NCBI RefSeq assembly: GCF_964194025.1 | Contig: NC_134474.1 | Coordinates: forward strand, 21,576,001 to 21,640,000 | DNA from: Convolutriloba macropyga | Taxonomy: Eukaryota | Direction of reading: 5' to 3' | DNA: 64,000 nucleotides | Shown here: piece by piece, positions 1 to 13,300 of the stretch | Layout: the number at the start of each line of letters is the position of its first letter | Position numbering within the stretch: the first letter of the stretch is position 1 | The notes under the pieces: model-generated | The model's database searches: none | What the model saw: only the letters and a program-made list of their open reading frames with translations | Told to the model about the DNA's origin: nothing | Position numbers and translations under genes: made by a program

Positions 1-3000
1 GTTCGGTTCCAACTTATGCAACAAATAGGGATTTAATTCCATCTTCAAGAACGTTGAACTCATCAAATGTGGCCAGTCTAATGTTACCACATATAGCGGG
101 GACATTGGTACACGTTAGAAAACATAGGGAAGGATAGAATAGTGAACATATAGCCATCTCTGAGGTCAGTTGTTTTTTTCTTTGTCTATAATTTAGTTTG
201 TTTTGACTTCCAAGAATGCGCTTGCGAGGAAGGCTAAGCAGCGAACAAGGGACTTAAGCAGTAGGAGTTTAGTGAAATATCAAATGAAAGTAATACGAAA
301 TTGACAAATATAAACATTGGTTATAATTTCAATTTTCAAAAACAACTTAAATGGTTAAAGCTGCAAGTAAATAAAGATGAGATGTGTGTATTTAAGTATT
401 TTACTCCACTTAGCTCTAACGGAGAAAGAGATCAATTAATGCGTTGTCTAAATTGTAGTTGATGGAGACTGAAAGGGGCGATTTGGGATTAAATAAGGAT
501 TTTATTGTTCAAATAGCGCCTCCATTTTATCTGACTGGGGGTTTGCGAGAAATTTCAGCACATAGTTGTACTTTGAGAAGGTGCTGTAAAACGTATAACT
601 TTTAGGACGGTGACGGGTTTCGGTTTCGACTTATTCAACAAATAGTCATATAATTCCATCTTCAAGAACGTTGAACTCATCAAATGTGGCCAGTTTAATG
701 TCACCACAGTAGGGGGGGCAATGGTACACGTCAGCAAACATAGGGAAGAGTAGACTAGTGAACATATAGTCATCGCTGAGGTCAGTTGTGTTTTTTTCTT
801 TGTCTATAATTTAGTTTGTTTTCCAAGAATGCGCTGTCGAGGGAGGCTAAGCAGCGAACAAGGGTTTTAAGCAGTAGGAGTTTATTGAAGCATGAAACTA
901 AATTAATACAAAATTGAGAAATGTAAAGATTGGTAATAACTCAATTTTCAAAAACAACTGAAATGGTTAAAGCTGCAAGTAAATAACGATGAGATTTGTG
1001 TATTTACGTATTTTACTGCACTTAGCTCTAATGGGGAAAGAAATCAATTAAATGCGTTGACTAAATTGTGGTTGATGGAGACTGAAAAGGGAGATTTGGG
1101 ATTAAATAAGGATTTTATTGTTCAAATAGTGCCTCCATTGTATCTGACGGGGGTTTGTCAGAAAATTGAGCACATAGTTGTACTATGAGAAGGTGCTATA
1201 ACACGTATCACTCTTGGGACGGTGACGGGGTTCGGTTCCAACTTATTCAACAAATAGGGATATAATTTCATCTTCAGGAACGTTGAACTCATCAAATGTG
1301 GCCAGCCTAATGTTACCACATATAGCGGGGACATTGGTACACGTTAGAAAACATAGAGAAGGATAGAATAGTGAACATATAGCCATCGCTGAGGTCAGTT
1401 GTTTTTTCTTTGTCTATAATTCAGTTGTTTTTGACTTCCAAGAATGCGCTTGCGAGGAAGGCTAAGCAGCGAACAAGGGATTTAAGCAGCAGGAGTTTAG
1501 TGAATTATGAAATGAAAGTAATACAAAATTGACAAATATAAACCTTGGTTAGAATTTCAATTTTCAAAAACAACTTAAATGGTTAAAGCTGCGAGTAAAT
1601 AAAGATGAGATGTGTGTATTTACGTATTTTACTCCACTTAGCTCTAACGGAGAAAGAGATCAATTAAAGCGTTGTCTAAATTGTAGTTGATGGAGACTGA
1701 AAGGGGAGATTTGGGATTAAGTAAGGATTTTGTTGTTCAAATAGTGCCTCGATTGTATCTGACTGGGGGTTTGTGAGAAATTTGAGCACATAGTTGTACT
1801 TTGAGCAGGTGCTGTAAAACGTATAACTTTTAGGACGGTGACGGGTTTCGGTTTCGACTTATTCAACAAATAGTGATATAATTCCGTCTTCAAGAACGTT
1901 GAAATCATCAAATGTGGCCAGTTTAATGTCACCGCAGTAGGGGGAGGGGGACAATGGTACACGTCAGCAAACATAGGGAAGAGTAGACTAGTGAATATAT
2001 AGTCATCGCTGAGGTCAGTTGTGTTTTTATCTTTGTCTATATTTTAGTTTATGTTTTCCAAGAATGCGCTGTCGAGGGAGGCTAAGCAGCGAACAAGGGT
2101 TTTAAGCAGTAGGAGTTTATTGAAGCATGAAACTAAATTAATACAGAATTGAGAAATATAAAGATTGGTATTAACTCAATTTTCAAAAACAACTGAAATG
2201 GTTAAAGCTGCAAGTAAATAAAGATGAGATGTGTGTATTTACGTATTTTACTGCACTTAGCTCTAACGGGGAAAGAAATCAATTAAATGCGTTGTCTAAA
2301 TTGTGGTTGATGGAGACTGAAAAGGGAGATTTGGGATTAAATAAGGATTTTATTGTTCAAATAGCGCCTCCATTGTATCTGACGGGGGTTTGTCAGAAAA
2401 TTGAGCACAGTTGTTTTATGAGAAGGTGCTATAACACGTATCACTCTTGGGACGGTGACGGGGTTCGTTTCCAACTTATTCAACAAATAGGGATATAATT
2501 CCATCTTCAGGAACGTTGAATTCATCAAATTTGGCCAGCCTAATGTTACCACATATAGCGGGGACATTGGTCTACGTTAGAAAACATAGGGAAGGATAGA
2601 ACAGTGAACATATAGCCATCGCTGAGGTCAGTTGTTTTTTCTTTGTCTATAATTCAGTTTGTTTTGACTTCCAAGAATGCGCTTGCGAGGAAGGCTAAGC
2701 AGCGAACAAGGGATTTAAGCAGCAGGAGTTTAGTGAATTATGAAATGAAAGTAATACAAAATTGACAAATATAAACCTTGGTTAGAATTTCAATTTTCAA
2801 AAACAACTTAAATGGTTAAAGCTGCGAGTAAATAAAGATGAGATGTGTGTATTTACTTATTTTACTCCACTTAGCTCTAACGGAGAAAGAGATCATTTAA
2901 AGCGTTGTCTAAATTGTAGTTGGAGACTGAAAGGGGAGATTTGGGATTAAATAAGGATTTTATTGTTCAAATAGCGCCTCCATTGTATCTGACTGGGGGT

Positions 3001-4670
3001 TTGTGAGAAATTTGAGCACATAGTTGTACTTTGAGAAGGTGCTGTAAAACGTATAACTTTTAGGACGGTGACGGGTTTCGGTTTTGACTTATTCAACAAA
3101 TAGTGATATAATTCCATCTTCAAGAACGTTGAACTCATCAAATGTGGCCAGTTTAATGTCACCACAGTAGGGGGGTGGGACAATGGTACACGTCAGCAAA
3201 CATTGGGAAGAGTAGACTAGTGAACATATAGTCATCGCTGAGGTCAGTTGTGTTTTTATCTTTGTCTATATTTTAGTTTATGTTTTCCAAGAATGCGCTG
3301 TCGAGGGAGGCTAAGCAGCGAACAAGGGTTTTAAGCAGTAGGAGTTTATTGAAGCATGAAACTAAATTAATACAGAATTGAGAAATATAAAGATTGGTAA
3401 TAACTCAATTTTCAAAAACAACTGAAATGGTTAAAGCTGCAAGTAAATAAAGATGAGATGTGTGTATTTACGTATTTTACCGCACTTAGCTCTAACGGGG
3501 AAAGAAATCAATTAAATGCGTTGCCTAAATTGTGGTTGATGGAGACTGAAAAGGGAGATTTGGGATTAAATAAAGATTTTTTTGTTCAAATTGTGCCTCC
3601 ATTTTATCTGACTGGGGGTTTGTGAGAAATTTGAGCTTATAGTTGTACTTTGAGAAGGTGCTGTAAAACGTTTAACTTTTGGGACGATGACGGGGTTCGG
3701 TTTCAACTTATTCAACAAATAAGGATATAATTCCATCTTCATGAACGTTGAACTCATCACATCTGTCCAGCTTTATGTCACCACAGGTAGGGGGGACAAT
3801 GGTACACGTTAGCAAACGTAGCTAAGGGGAGAATCGTGGACATATAACCGTCGTTGAGGTGGATGGTTTTTATCTTGGTCTATCTTAAACATTGTTGTGA
3901 CTTCACTAATGCGCTAGCGAGGAATGCTGGCGGTGAACAAGTTTTTAAAGCAGTTTAGTGAGAAATGATAATAAATTAATACCATTAATACCATAAAAGA
4001 TCGTTATTAAATTCAATGTTTAAAAAATTATGGTCAAGGCAGCAAGTAATTGAACGTGAGATCTTAGTATTTAAGTAATTTATTCCACTTAGCTCTAGCG
4101 CGGGTGTGAAGACATCAATAAATGCTCTGCTCAAATTGTGGTTAATAGTAACCAAAAAGTGATGTTTCGAGTTTATTAGAGGTTACTTTGTTCAATCAGC
4201 CCTTCCCTTGTGTCTGACTAAGGGTTTTTCCGGAGTTTGAGCATTTTTTTTGTATCGCGTTTGTGGCGGTAAGGGGTTTCTGTTTCCACATAATCATAAA
4301 TAGGGATACAGTTCCATCTTGCTGAATGATGAAATCATTAAATGTGGCCAGTTTAAAGTCACCCAAGGTATGGGGACATTGGTACACGTTAGCAAACATA
4401 GGGAACGGTAGAATAGTGAACATATAGCCATCGCTGAGGTCAGTTGTTATTATCTTTGTCTATAGTTTAGTTTGTTTTGACTTCAATAATGCGCTGGCGA
4501 GGAAGGCTAAGCAGCGAACAAGGGTATTAAGCAGTGGGAATTTAGTGAGGAATGAAAGTAAGTTAATACAAAATTGAGAAATATAAAGATTGGTATTAAT
4601 TCCAAAATACAGAAACTTTTTTAATGGGTAAGGCAGCGAGTAATATAAAATGAGATATAAGTATTAGACG
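1..4670. repeat. Tandem array of ~615-bp units with alternating A/B variants (~1230-bp higher-order dimer); truncated by window start
   Basis: The marker CTGAGGTCAGTTG recurs near 160, 776, 1388, 2008, 2621, 3237, 3852 (diverged) and 4433. Variant GCGCTTGCGAGGAAGG alternates with GCGCTGTCGAGGGAGG. The last two units are much more diverged. Confidence 0.95.
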
Positions 4671-6909
4671 TGCAGTGAATATATTTGAAAGAATTGAGTA
4701 GAAAGAATTGGTTTTAAAGTTCTTTTGAAGGAGATATCTTAATTGCTGCTGATCATCGAAAGAAAGGCGCAAATGATTGATATCGGGGAAATATTATTAT
4801 AATTTAAGAGTTGAAGTGAACCAGTTGTGGAATTAATTTTTAGGCAAATAAGTGCGGGTCTCTTATTGCCAATAAAGAAGGGTTAAAATCTAAACTGAAT
4901 TTATGAGAAAATGGAAGTAATACTAAGTGGGAAAGGCCGATTATGATGTTTTTAAAAGATATTAGTTTGCGTTCTCATTTTGTCAATTGTTTCTTTTTAA
5001 ATTACAAAATCACAAATATTTATCTTTTCCTTTATTTTGAATTTCTATTTCAATTGCTTTTTAAAATAACCAAAGTTCATCTTTTTTAATTTTTTTTGAC
5101 TGGCAATTGGGTTATTAGGCATATTATTCAACCTCTGGAGTCGAGGGAGGAAAGTTCTTCTCTGAGACGCTTGGGATATCATAAATTCTCTGAGAGACCC
5201 GTTTCATAAATGGGGCTGGGCGGTGGAAAGACTTCGATATCACGTTCAATTGGTGTTCTCACTATGAATTAGGATTCTATATGGGCTGAAAGAATCATAA
5301 TCGTGGAAGGTTTTCTTCTGCAGTAATAGTTTTGCAGATTCTGCCATGCAAATGAAAATTCAGTTTAAGTTATTGGGGATAATTGTGGTAGATGATTTTT
5401 CGCTGAAAAGTTGGGTGAAGAAGTTGCAGTTGTATAAATGCTTCTTGATCAATTAAATTGTTATATATAGGCAAAAATGATGCTTCTGATATAGACAAAA
5501 ATAAGTTTTTTTCAAAATCATTTATCAAAGTGAGTTTTTTTCGGTTCCAAATTAATGAAGTGAGAGCTGAAAAGATTCGTCTGTTTTATAAGGCGTTCGT
5601 AACTGAAGTAGTTGATATTAGAGTTGTAATTCGAAATTCAAGATTCCCTATAAAGCTTTGCGATTGTTTTTTTATTTGTTCTTATATCTTGTGTTCCATT
5701 GCTTGAAAAGGAACGATGACTTGGTTGGCTGACATAAAATTGTATGTAGTCTTTTTTTCTGGAGTCTGCAATTTTTCGAATTGTTTTTGTGTGTGTGACG
5801 TCATTTTTTCCTTTTGATGTGAGTCTTTATTTTTGCGCGTGATTTTTTGATTCACATGTGACTTACATCTTTCGAAGATAACCTTCCCTACCATCAAAAT
5901 GACCTTAATTTTCGACAAGTCAATGTCGAACGATTGATTGGATCTAATTGAAGGTCATTTGAGCTTCTAAAAGAAGACTTAAGTCTCAATGATCAAGTTG
6001 AGACATTGCAGTTTGTTGTATTTTCTTAGTTTTTATTGGTGTTTTTGAGCAATCGGTCTACGAAGCTAGGTCTTTTGTAAAAACATTTTTTATTTAATTT
6101 TGAGATCTCCGCTGCAAGTTTTTTTCTGATTAATCAATTAGATTCATGTTACCTCATTTTTGAACACCAAAATGTTAGGATCACAGTCTGTTGTTGAAAA
6201 CAATTAAACAGTCACAAGCTGTTGTACAAATATTTTAGGCTTTTTTCCATATAGCTAATTTCTGAAACACTATTTCTGCTAACATTTTAATTCCTTATTT
6301 CCCTTTTTTGTACCATACCGCGAAGTCAACATTTGTGATTTACAAGTTACTTCTTTGTTTCTGGCAATTAGTTCTAACGAAATAATATGCTGTACGAATC
6401 GTATCCTGCAGTTTTGTGCTCTTTTGCAGCCAATTGGTGTGAATAAAAATATTGTTAGTGACAATTGACCTGTGAAACGAGAGCTTTTCCCATCTAGTGC
6501 TTTATGATTCTCCCATGTGTCGTGATGTAATAAATCTAATGGTGCAGTCGTTGTATGATAATTTATGTTTATAGTTCCTCAATTTATCTCTATTTTCGTA
6601 ACATTGTACAAAGTGTTGATTCCCTCAAGTAGCTAGAGCTAACTGTGTGTGGTACTGGTTCCTTTGAATTTCAGTGTTCGTTTGGCTTAGAAAGATAAGT
6701 TTCTCTATCAGCTCGAATGAAGACCTATTCGGAGAACTATAAATATTGCTATCTCAGTAGAACGCAAAGAAAAAGCGCCGCGCAGAGTTTGCAAAACGTT
6801 CCGAGTTGGAAAAAGCAAACTGCCCAGTGTTACAAAAAGAACAACCAAACAGAAGATAACGAACCAAAGATTTTTTGAGATGCAATCTATCGGAATTATT
6901 AAACCTATT

Positions 6910-7129
6910 TGTTGCGGTGCAACATTAATTGAATCACTTGCTTAGAAATGCTTTATTATAACGCTTTATGCTTAAGAATCTCAAGCTCGAAAAGACCAAG
7001 TGATTGTGATAATATCGTTTGAAATTATGAATATTTGGTTTCAGCACGTGGTTAATTATCATTGTTTTCCTCATCTTGCTCGGATTGCATTGAAGGTCAT
7101 TGTATCAAAGGCTATTGTAAATCGTAACA
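6910..7129 (-). repeat. 3' LTR (220 bp)
   Basis: TGTTGCGGTG...TCGTAACA; identical by eye to 14167-14386. Confidence 0.97.
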
Positions 7130-7145
7130 TACCGGCCTCCTTGAA
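7130..7145 (-). other. Polypurine tract
   Basis: The minus strand reads TTCAAGGAGGCCGGTA directly before the TGT of the 3' LTR. Confidence 0.8.
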
Positions 7146-7340
7146 CTGGTTCAACTTTATTAATATATCATTGAACCTGGCTTTCTAGCTAAGTGGTCAA
7201 TTTCTGTAAATAGTTTTTCTCGGCAACCCATTACAAGTTTGTTGATACCTTCTTTAATTCAATCAGTTCTTGTTTGTCAGTTTTGTACAGTTGTAATTTA
7301 CATTTCCTTGATGTCATTCCTCGTCTGCATCCTCTGTTGT

Positions 7341-10300
7341 TCATTCTTCATCTGTGTCATTTTCTTTGTCAGATCTTAATGACGGCATGTCAATATCTTC
7401 TTTCATTAACAAGACAAGCTTGTTGACTGATCGTATAAATAGTCCAGATGATGTCTTCAGTTCAACAACTCGAACTATTTTATCATTTCCATCAAAGACC
7501 TTTGTTATTCGTCCCATTGGCCACAGAGTGGGTGGTGTGTTCTCTTCCTTGATTATTACTACATCATTGATGTCAATATTTGGTTGTCCCGTTTGCCATT
7601 TTTTCCGTTGTTGTAAATTTGACAAATATTCTGTTGACCACTTCTTCCAAAAGTCTCTGATAAGATTGTCCATCCTCTTCTTCTGTCGTGTCAATGAAAT
7701 TGTTTCTTTTCCTGTTGTTTTTGGTTCAGGCAATGCTGTGATTGGTCGTCCTATCAAAAAGTGTCCTGGTGTAAGTGCTAAGGCATCATTGGGATCATTT
7801 GAAACGGACGTAATAGGCCTTGAATTCAAGATTGCTTCAATTTGTGTCAACAGTGTTGTGAAGTCTTCTAAAAACAATTTTGTTCTTCCAATGCTGCGGT
7901 ACATGTGGCGTTTCAAAGATTTGACAGCGGCCTCCCATAGTCCTCCAAAATTTGGTGTTCTCGGCGGTATAGTAAGCCAAGTAATATTGTTCTCCTTGCC
8001 GAACGTTGATATCAAATCTTCAAAATCGTGCGTAGCTAAGGCTTGTCGAAACTCCAACTCTCCCTTGGTCCCAATGAAAGTTGTTGAGTTGTCGCTGTAT
8101 ATTTCATCAGGAATACCTCGACGAGACACAAATCTTTGAATGGCTGCAAGGCAGTCGTCCTTGGTCAGAGACATAACTGGCTCTATGTGAACTGCCTTCG
8201 TACTGAAGCAAATGAAAATTGCAACGTATGTTTTCAAAAGCGTTCGAGTTCCATTTTTCGTGTAGAACGGTCCACAATAGTCGAGTCCGCAGTGACTGAA
8301 CGCAAAGGACGGCACTACTCGCTCTCGAGGTAGATCTCCCATCTGAGGCTGTAACAATTTGGCATCAAAACGGATACATGGTTTGCATCTGTATAAGACA
8401 CCTTTCACTACAGAAAGCCCTCCAGGTATCCAAATATTTCGTCGAAGCGTGTATAACGTCAGTTGAGGTCCTCCGTGAAGATTTTTCTCGTGTGCTTCTC
8501 GAATAAGCATTTCAGTGATTGGCGATTTTCTTGGAATAAGAACTGGAAATTTTCGGTCTATTGTGTAGGGTGAATTAGGTAGGCGTCCTCCAACTCGAAT
8601 CACCTTGTTTTCTTCATCAAAAAATGGTAAAGGGCTGTTGAGACTGCTGCTTCTAGGAAATTTTCGTCTTCTGTGTCTCCCTTTAGTGGCTGCTGCATAG
8701 GCGTTAACGAAACATTTTATTTCTCTGGTGTCATCTTTGTTGAATTGATGTACTGTTTCGCTAGAATTGTCTGTATTCCCGGTAGACACGATGTACAGTT
8801 GATCCCCAGGGCCCCCGGCCCAACCTATACCATGTCTGACATCATCCCTTGAAGCCCCGACAGCATCTACGCTGTCAAGACATCCTGGGCCCCCGGCCCT
8901 CCCTATACCTAAGGAATTGGTAATAGAAACTGAGCTGGCATTTTCACCTGCGTCCCCGGCGCTGACAAGACTACCTGGGCCCCCGACCCTACCTATACCT
9001 AAGGAATTGGTAGTAGAAACATTATCATCTGCGCCCCCGGCGCTGAAAAGATTACCAGGGCCCCCGGCCCTACCTGTACCTAAGGAATTAGTAGAAACTG
9101 AGCTCGCATTTTCACCTGCGCCCCCGGCGCTGACAAGACTATCTGGGCCCCCGGCCCTACCTATACCTAGTGAACTAGTAGAAAAAGAGCTCGAACTTTC
9201 ATCTGCGCTCCCAGCGCTGACAAGACTAAGACTACCTGGGCCCCCGGCCCTACCTATAACCCCAGGAGTACCGGCTGAACTTGAGCTCCAATTTTCGTCC
9301 GCGCCCTTGGCGCTGACAAGACATCCCGGGCCTCCGGTCCCACCTAAGTGTTGAGGACCATTGGTAACTAAAGAGATCCCCGTGCCCTTGCCAATCCTGG
9401 TGTTGATGTAAGCACCTGGGCCCCCGGCCCTGCCTGTACCACCAACCCCCTCTGGTCCAGTGGATTTGATCCGTTGCTGAACGTATTGTTTTGTCGCATC
9501 TCTGCTGCTGTTGTTTGCATCTTCAGTGGGCTGATTCATGATGATCTTGTATTCATGAAGAAAGTTTCGCTGTATGAAGCTGTACAGTTGAAGTCGTCCT
9601 TCGTATAAATCTTTCCCTTGTAAAGAGACTGAATTATAAGTCCAGATCATTGGTTGAGACGTAGACTCATTACTATCAGTCCTTTCGTTTGGCGTTGAAG
9701 AGCATGCTTTTATGCTGTTCGACATTTTTGTTGTCCGTTGTTTTGCTTTTGAAGATTGAATTCTTCTCCTGATACTGCTGATGAACTTTTGGACATAGGT
9801 AAATATCCTTGTAACTTTATGTATTGACGAATGCCGATTTGTCATCAAAACAATTGCGTTATCTTCTTTTGATGAAATCATTGTCACGTTTTCAGATTGC
9901 ACCTTTACTTCTTTTTTGGTCTCTTCTCTTGTAGGTGACAAAATGTCAAGTGAAGGCCAGGCGTTTTCAGGTTGCCGCAACCACTCTGGTCCATCCCACC
10001 AAAGCTTATGGTTCATCAAATCAGCTGCTGCTAATCCTCTGGAAGCACAATCCGCTGGATTATCTTCTGTTGGAACATATTTCCAACTACTGGCTGGAAT
10101 AATTTCTTGTATTTTCGCTACTCGGTTGGCGAAAAATGTTTTCCATTTCCTCGGATAATCTTGTAGCCAGGCAATTGTAACTGTAGAATCTGACCAAGCA
10201 AAAACCTTCGGAGTTGGAAACCGTTCATCGCTAATAGCATTTGTCACTGCCTCAACAAGCTTAGCTCCTAGCAGAGCAGCACAAAGTTCCAACCTTGGCA

Positions 10301-13300
10301 CACAAACTGATTTGATTGGTGCAACTCTTGTCTTTGCTGTAAGCATTTTTGTTTCAATGAAATTGTCTGTCTCCTGTCTGATGAAAACGACAGCAGCATA
10401 AGCTGTAGTAGAAGCGTCGCAAAAGACGTGTAACTGCAAATCTGATTTCGTGGCTGGCTTGAGAACCTTCCGTTGAAGACTAATTTTTTCAAGATCCTTC
10501 AGTTGTGCTCGAAGTCGCAGGTACTGCTGTAGAATTGGGTCCGATAAAGGTTGATCCCAGCTAAGTTTGTCCATCCCCAACAGTTGAACAAAGGATTTAT
10601 GTTGAATAGTCGTTGGTGATAGCCATCCCAGTGGGTCAAATAAACGTGAAACTTCTGAGAGGATTTGCCGTTTTGTAAATGGAGTTCCCTTGTCAAGTTT
10701 TACTGTGAAACCAAAGTGATCAGGATTTGGATTCCACCTTATCCCAAGCGTCTTAATGGCATAGTCTTCGCTTTCAATTATCTTCTCGTCCTCCGTTTCT
10801 CTGAAAGTGGCAGCTAGTCTTGATACAAGTTTTGAGTCGCTAGATACCCATTTTCGTATATCAAAACCTGCTGAAGCAAGAAGCGTAATAATGGCGTCCT
10901 GAAGCTTCTCTGCGGCTTCTGAATCTTCGCATTCTGTAAGTAGGTCATCCACATACATATCAGTTGTTAGTGACAAACGAAGTTTAGTGTTTGTTGTTTC
11001 TTCGGCAAGAACTTGTAGTGGTCGAATTGAATGAAAAGACGAAGACGCAATGCCGTATGTTACCCGAGTCATACGATAAGTTTCAATCGCCTCTGAATTT
11101 GGATCTTTCCACAATAATCGGTGATAATCTTTGTCTTCCTTGTCCTATTCCACTTGCCTATACATTTTTGCAATATCAGCAGAAAGTGCTACTTGGTGTA
11201 GTCGAAATCGAACAAGAATGCTGAAAAGGTCTTTCTGAATTTTTGGTCCGACCATGAGTCTGTCGTTGAGAGATACTCCTGTTGTTGTCTTTGCGGATCC
11301 GTCAAAAACGACCCTCAGCTTGGTGGTAGTGCTTGACTCCTTGAACACACAATGATGACAAAGATAGTAGCAGTTTTCGACAGGCTTGACAAGTTCTGAT
11401 GTTGGAACTTTCTCCATGTGTCCGAGATGAAAAAACTCTCCAATGAATTCTGCGTATCTCTTATAAAGGTCGGGTTGTCTTTCCAATCTGAATAGAAGAC
11501 TGCGGAGTCGTTTTTTGGCTTGTTGAAGTGAATCTCCCAATGCTTTTGTCTCTTTCTTGAAGGGAAGTTTCACTATGAAGCGACCTTCAGGGCTTCTTCT
11601 AGTTGTTTCCTTGAAGTGATCATCGCAACGTTTTTCTTCGGCTGTCCAAAGCTGCGCTGCTGGAACTTCTTCTATTTCCCAAAAACGCTGCAAATTTTCT
11701 GGCTCTGAAGAAACAAAGAAAGTCTGCAGATCGTTTGTATAGGTTTTGTCTGTCTGTTCCCTTCCAATTACGACCCAACCGAACATTGATAGCCTATATG
11801 TTATTCCACAGTTAGGCTCCTTTAGTCGATTGTCACCAATCATTATATCTTCATAATGAGATGCTCCGATCAAGAGGTCAATTGATGACGGCTTGTTGAA
11901 GTCTGGGTCAGCAAGCTCCAACTCCTTTACTGTTTCCCATTGGCTGGTGTCAATGAACCGTGATGGCAGATTATCAGTCATTTTTGTCAAAACTGACGCA
12001 CTAATATTGACAGTGGACGATCTGTTCCTTGATGAGATAAGAAGGTCCACGCGACCTTTGTTGTCTTGAACCGTCCCACCTAGTCCAAAAACTTTTGTGT
12101 TGCTGCTTTTCTTCTTCAATTGTAACCTTTGTACTGCTGATTCAGTTATAAGGTTGTTTTGTGAAGCTGAGTCTAGAAGTGCCCTAAGTAGAATTGTCTC
12201 GCCGTGAATATTAACGGCAACAATTGCGGTTTGAAGAAAGACTTCTTCTGAAGTTCGTTGAGTCATAGCTCCTGTGAACTTGTTTTCATCCTTAGCTTTT
12301 GCGACTGCTGTTGTTGTTATAGCGTTGTTCTTCTGTTTGTCATTTGCTTGAGTGCTGGTTGTTCCGCTAGTTGTTTGCTGATTGGTGTTTTTGTTGTGAA
12401 TGTTTTCACGATGAAGAAGAGTATGATGCTTTCTACCACATTGCTTGCATTTCGATCCATCACAATCTTCTGATCTGTGTCCCGGTCGCAGACAATTGAA
12501 ACAGAGTCTTCTAACCTTTATCAGCTCTGCACGTTTATTTACTGAAAGTTTCTTGAACTTTCCGCATTTGAAAATTCTGTGCTTTTCTTCACAACATTCG
12601 CATTGTTGCTCGGAAGTCGCCAAATGTGTGTGTAAATGTCGTTGGTTCCCGTTCATTTGAGTTTTTGTCGCTCCTACTCCATTTGGCGCTGTTGCCTCGA
12701 GTGCTTGTGCGCGTTCTTCTAAGAAAAGTCTGAGCTCTGCATACCTTTGAGGTTCCTTGCCTTTTGAAGACAGCTCCCATTGTTTTCTTGTCTCTGTAGG
12801 CAGCTTCTCACTGATCAAGTAAACAAAAAAGATGTCTTGACTATTGACTGGTTCTCCCAAATTCTGCAAGGCAAGTCGATGTTCGTCCATTGCTTCAATT
12901 AAATTTCTTAAGTCTCTGGAATTATCGGTTGTCAGTGATCGATACGAAACAATTGAATGCAGGTGTGTGCGAATGATGATCCTCTTGTTCTCGTATCTGT
13001 TTATCAGAGTATTCATAGCAATGTCGAAATTGTGATCGGTAACTGGTATCGAGGCAAGCAGTTTGGCGGCATCACCTTTTACAGATGCTTTCAGATACTG
13101 CAACTTCTGACTTCCTTGAAGAGAACTGTTGTCGATGACTGCTCCTTTGAACAAATCAAAGAACGAAGTCCATTCCATATAATTACCCGAAAAAACTGGC
13201 AGATTGAGTTTTGGTAACTTGATATTGGCTGAGCTCCTCATAGCATCGGAGAGCGTTGAAGTAGATGGTGTTGAAGTATCTGCTGCTGTTGAGGGTCCCT

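Noticed and set aside
555-4423. Recurring 64-89-aa ORFs as a tandem gene family
   Set aside because: Starts, frames and lengths differ between copies, as expected from satellite periodicity.
7146-7340. env-like third ORF in the BEL element
   Set aside because: Only ~200 bp lie between the pol stop and the PPT, leaving no room for env.
7354-8139. 261-aa plus-strand ORF
   Set aside because: Antisense shadow of the integrase coding region with no recognisable motifs.
8917-9354. 145-aa Pro-rich repeat ORF
   Set aside because: Reverse-frame by-product of the GC-rich pol minisatellite.
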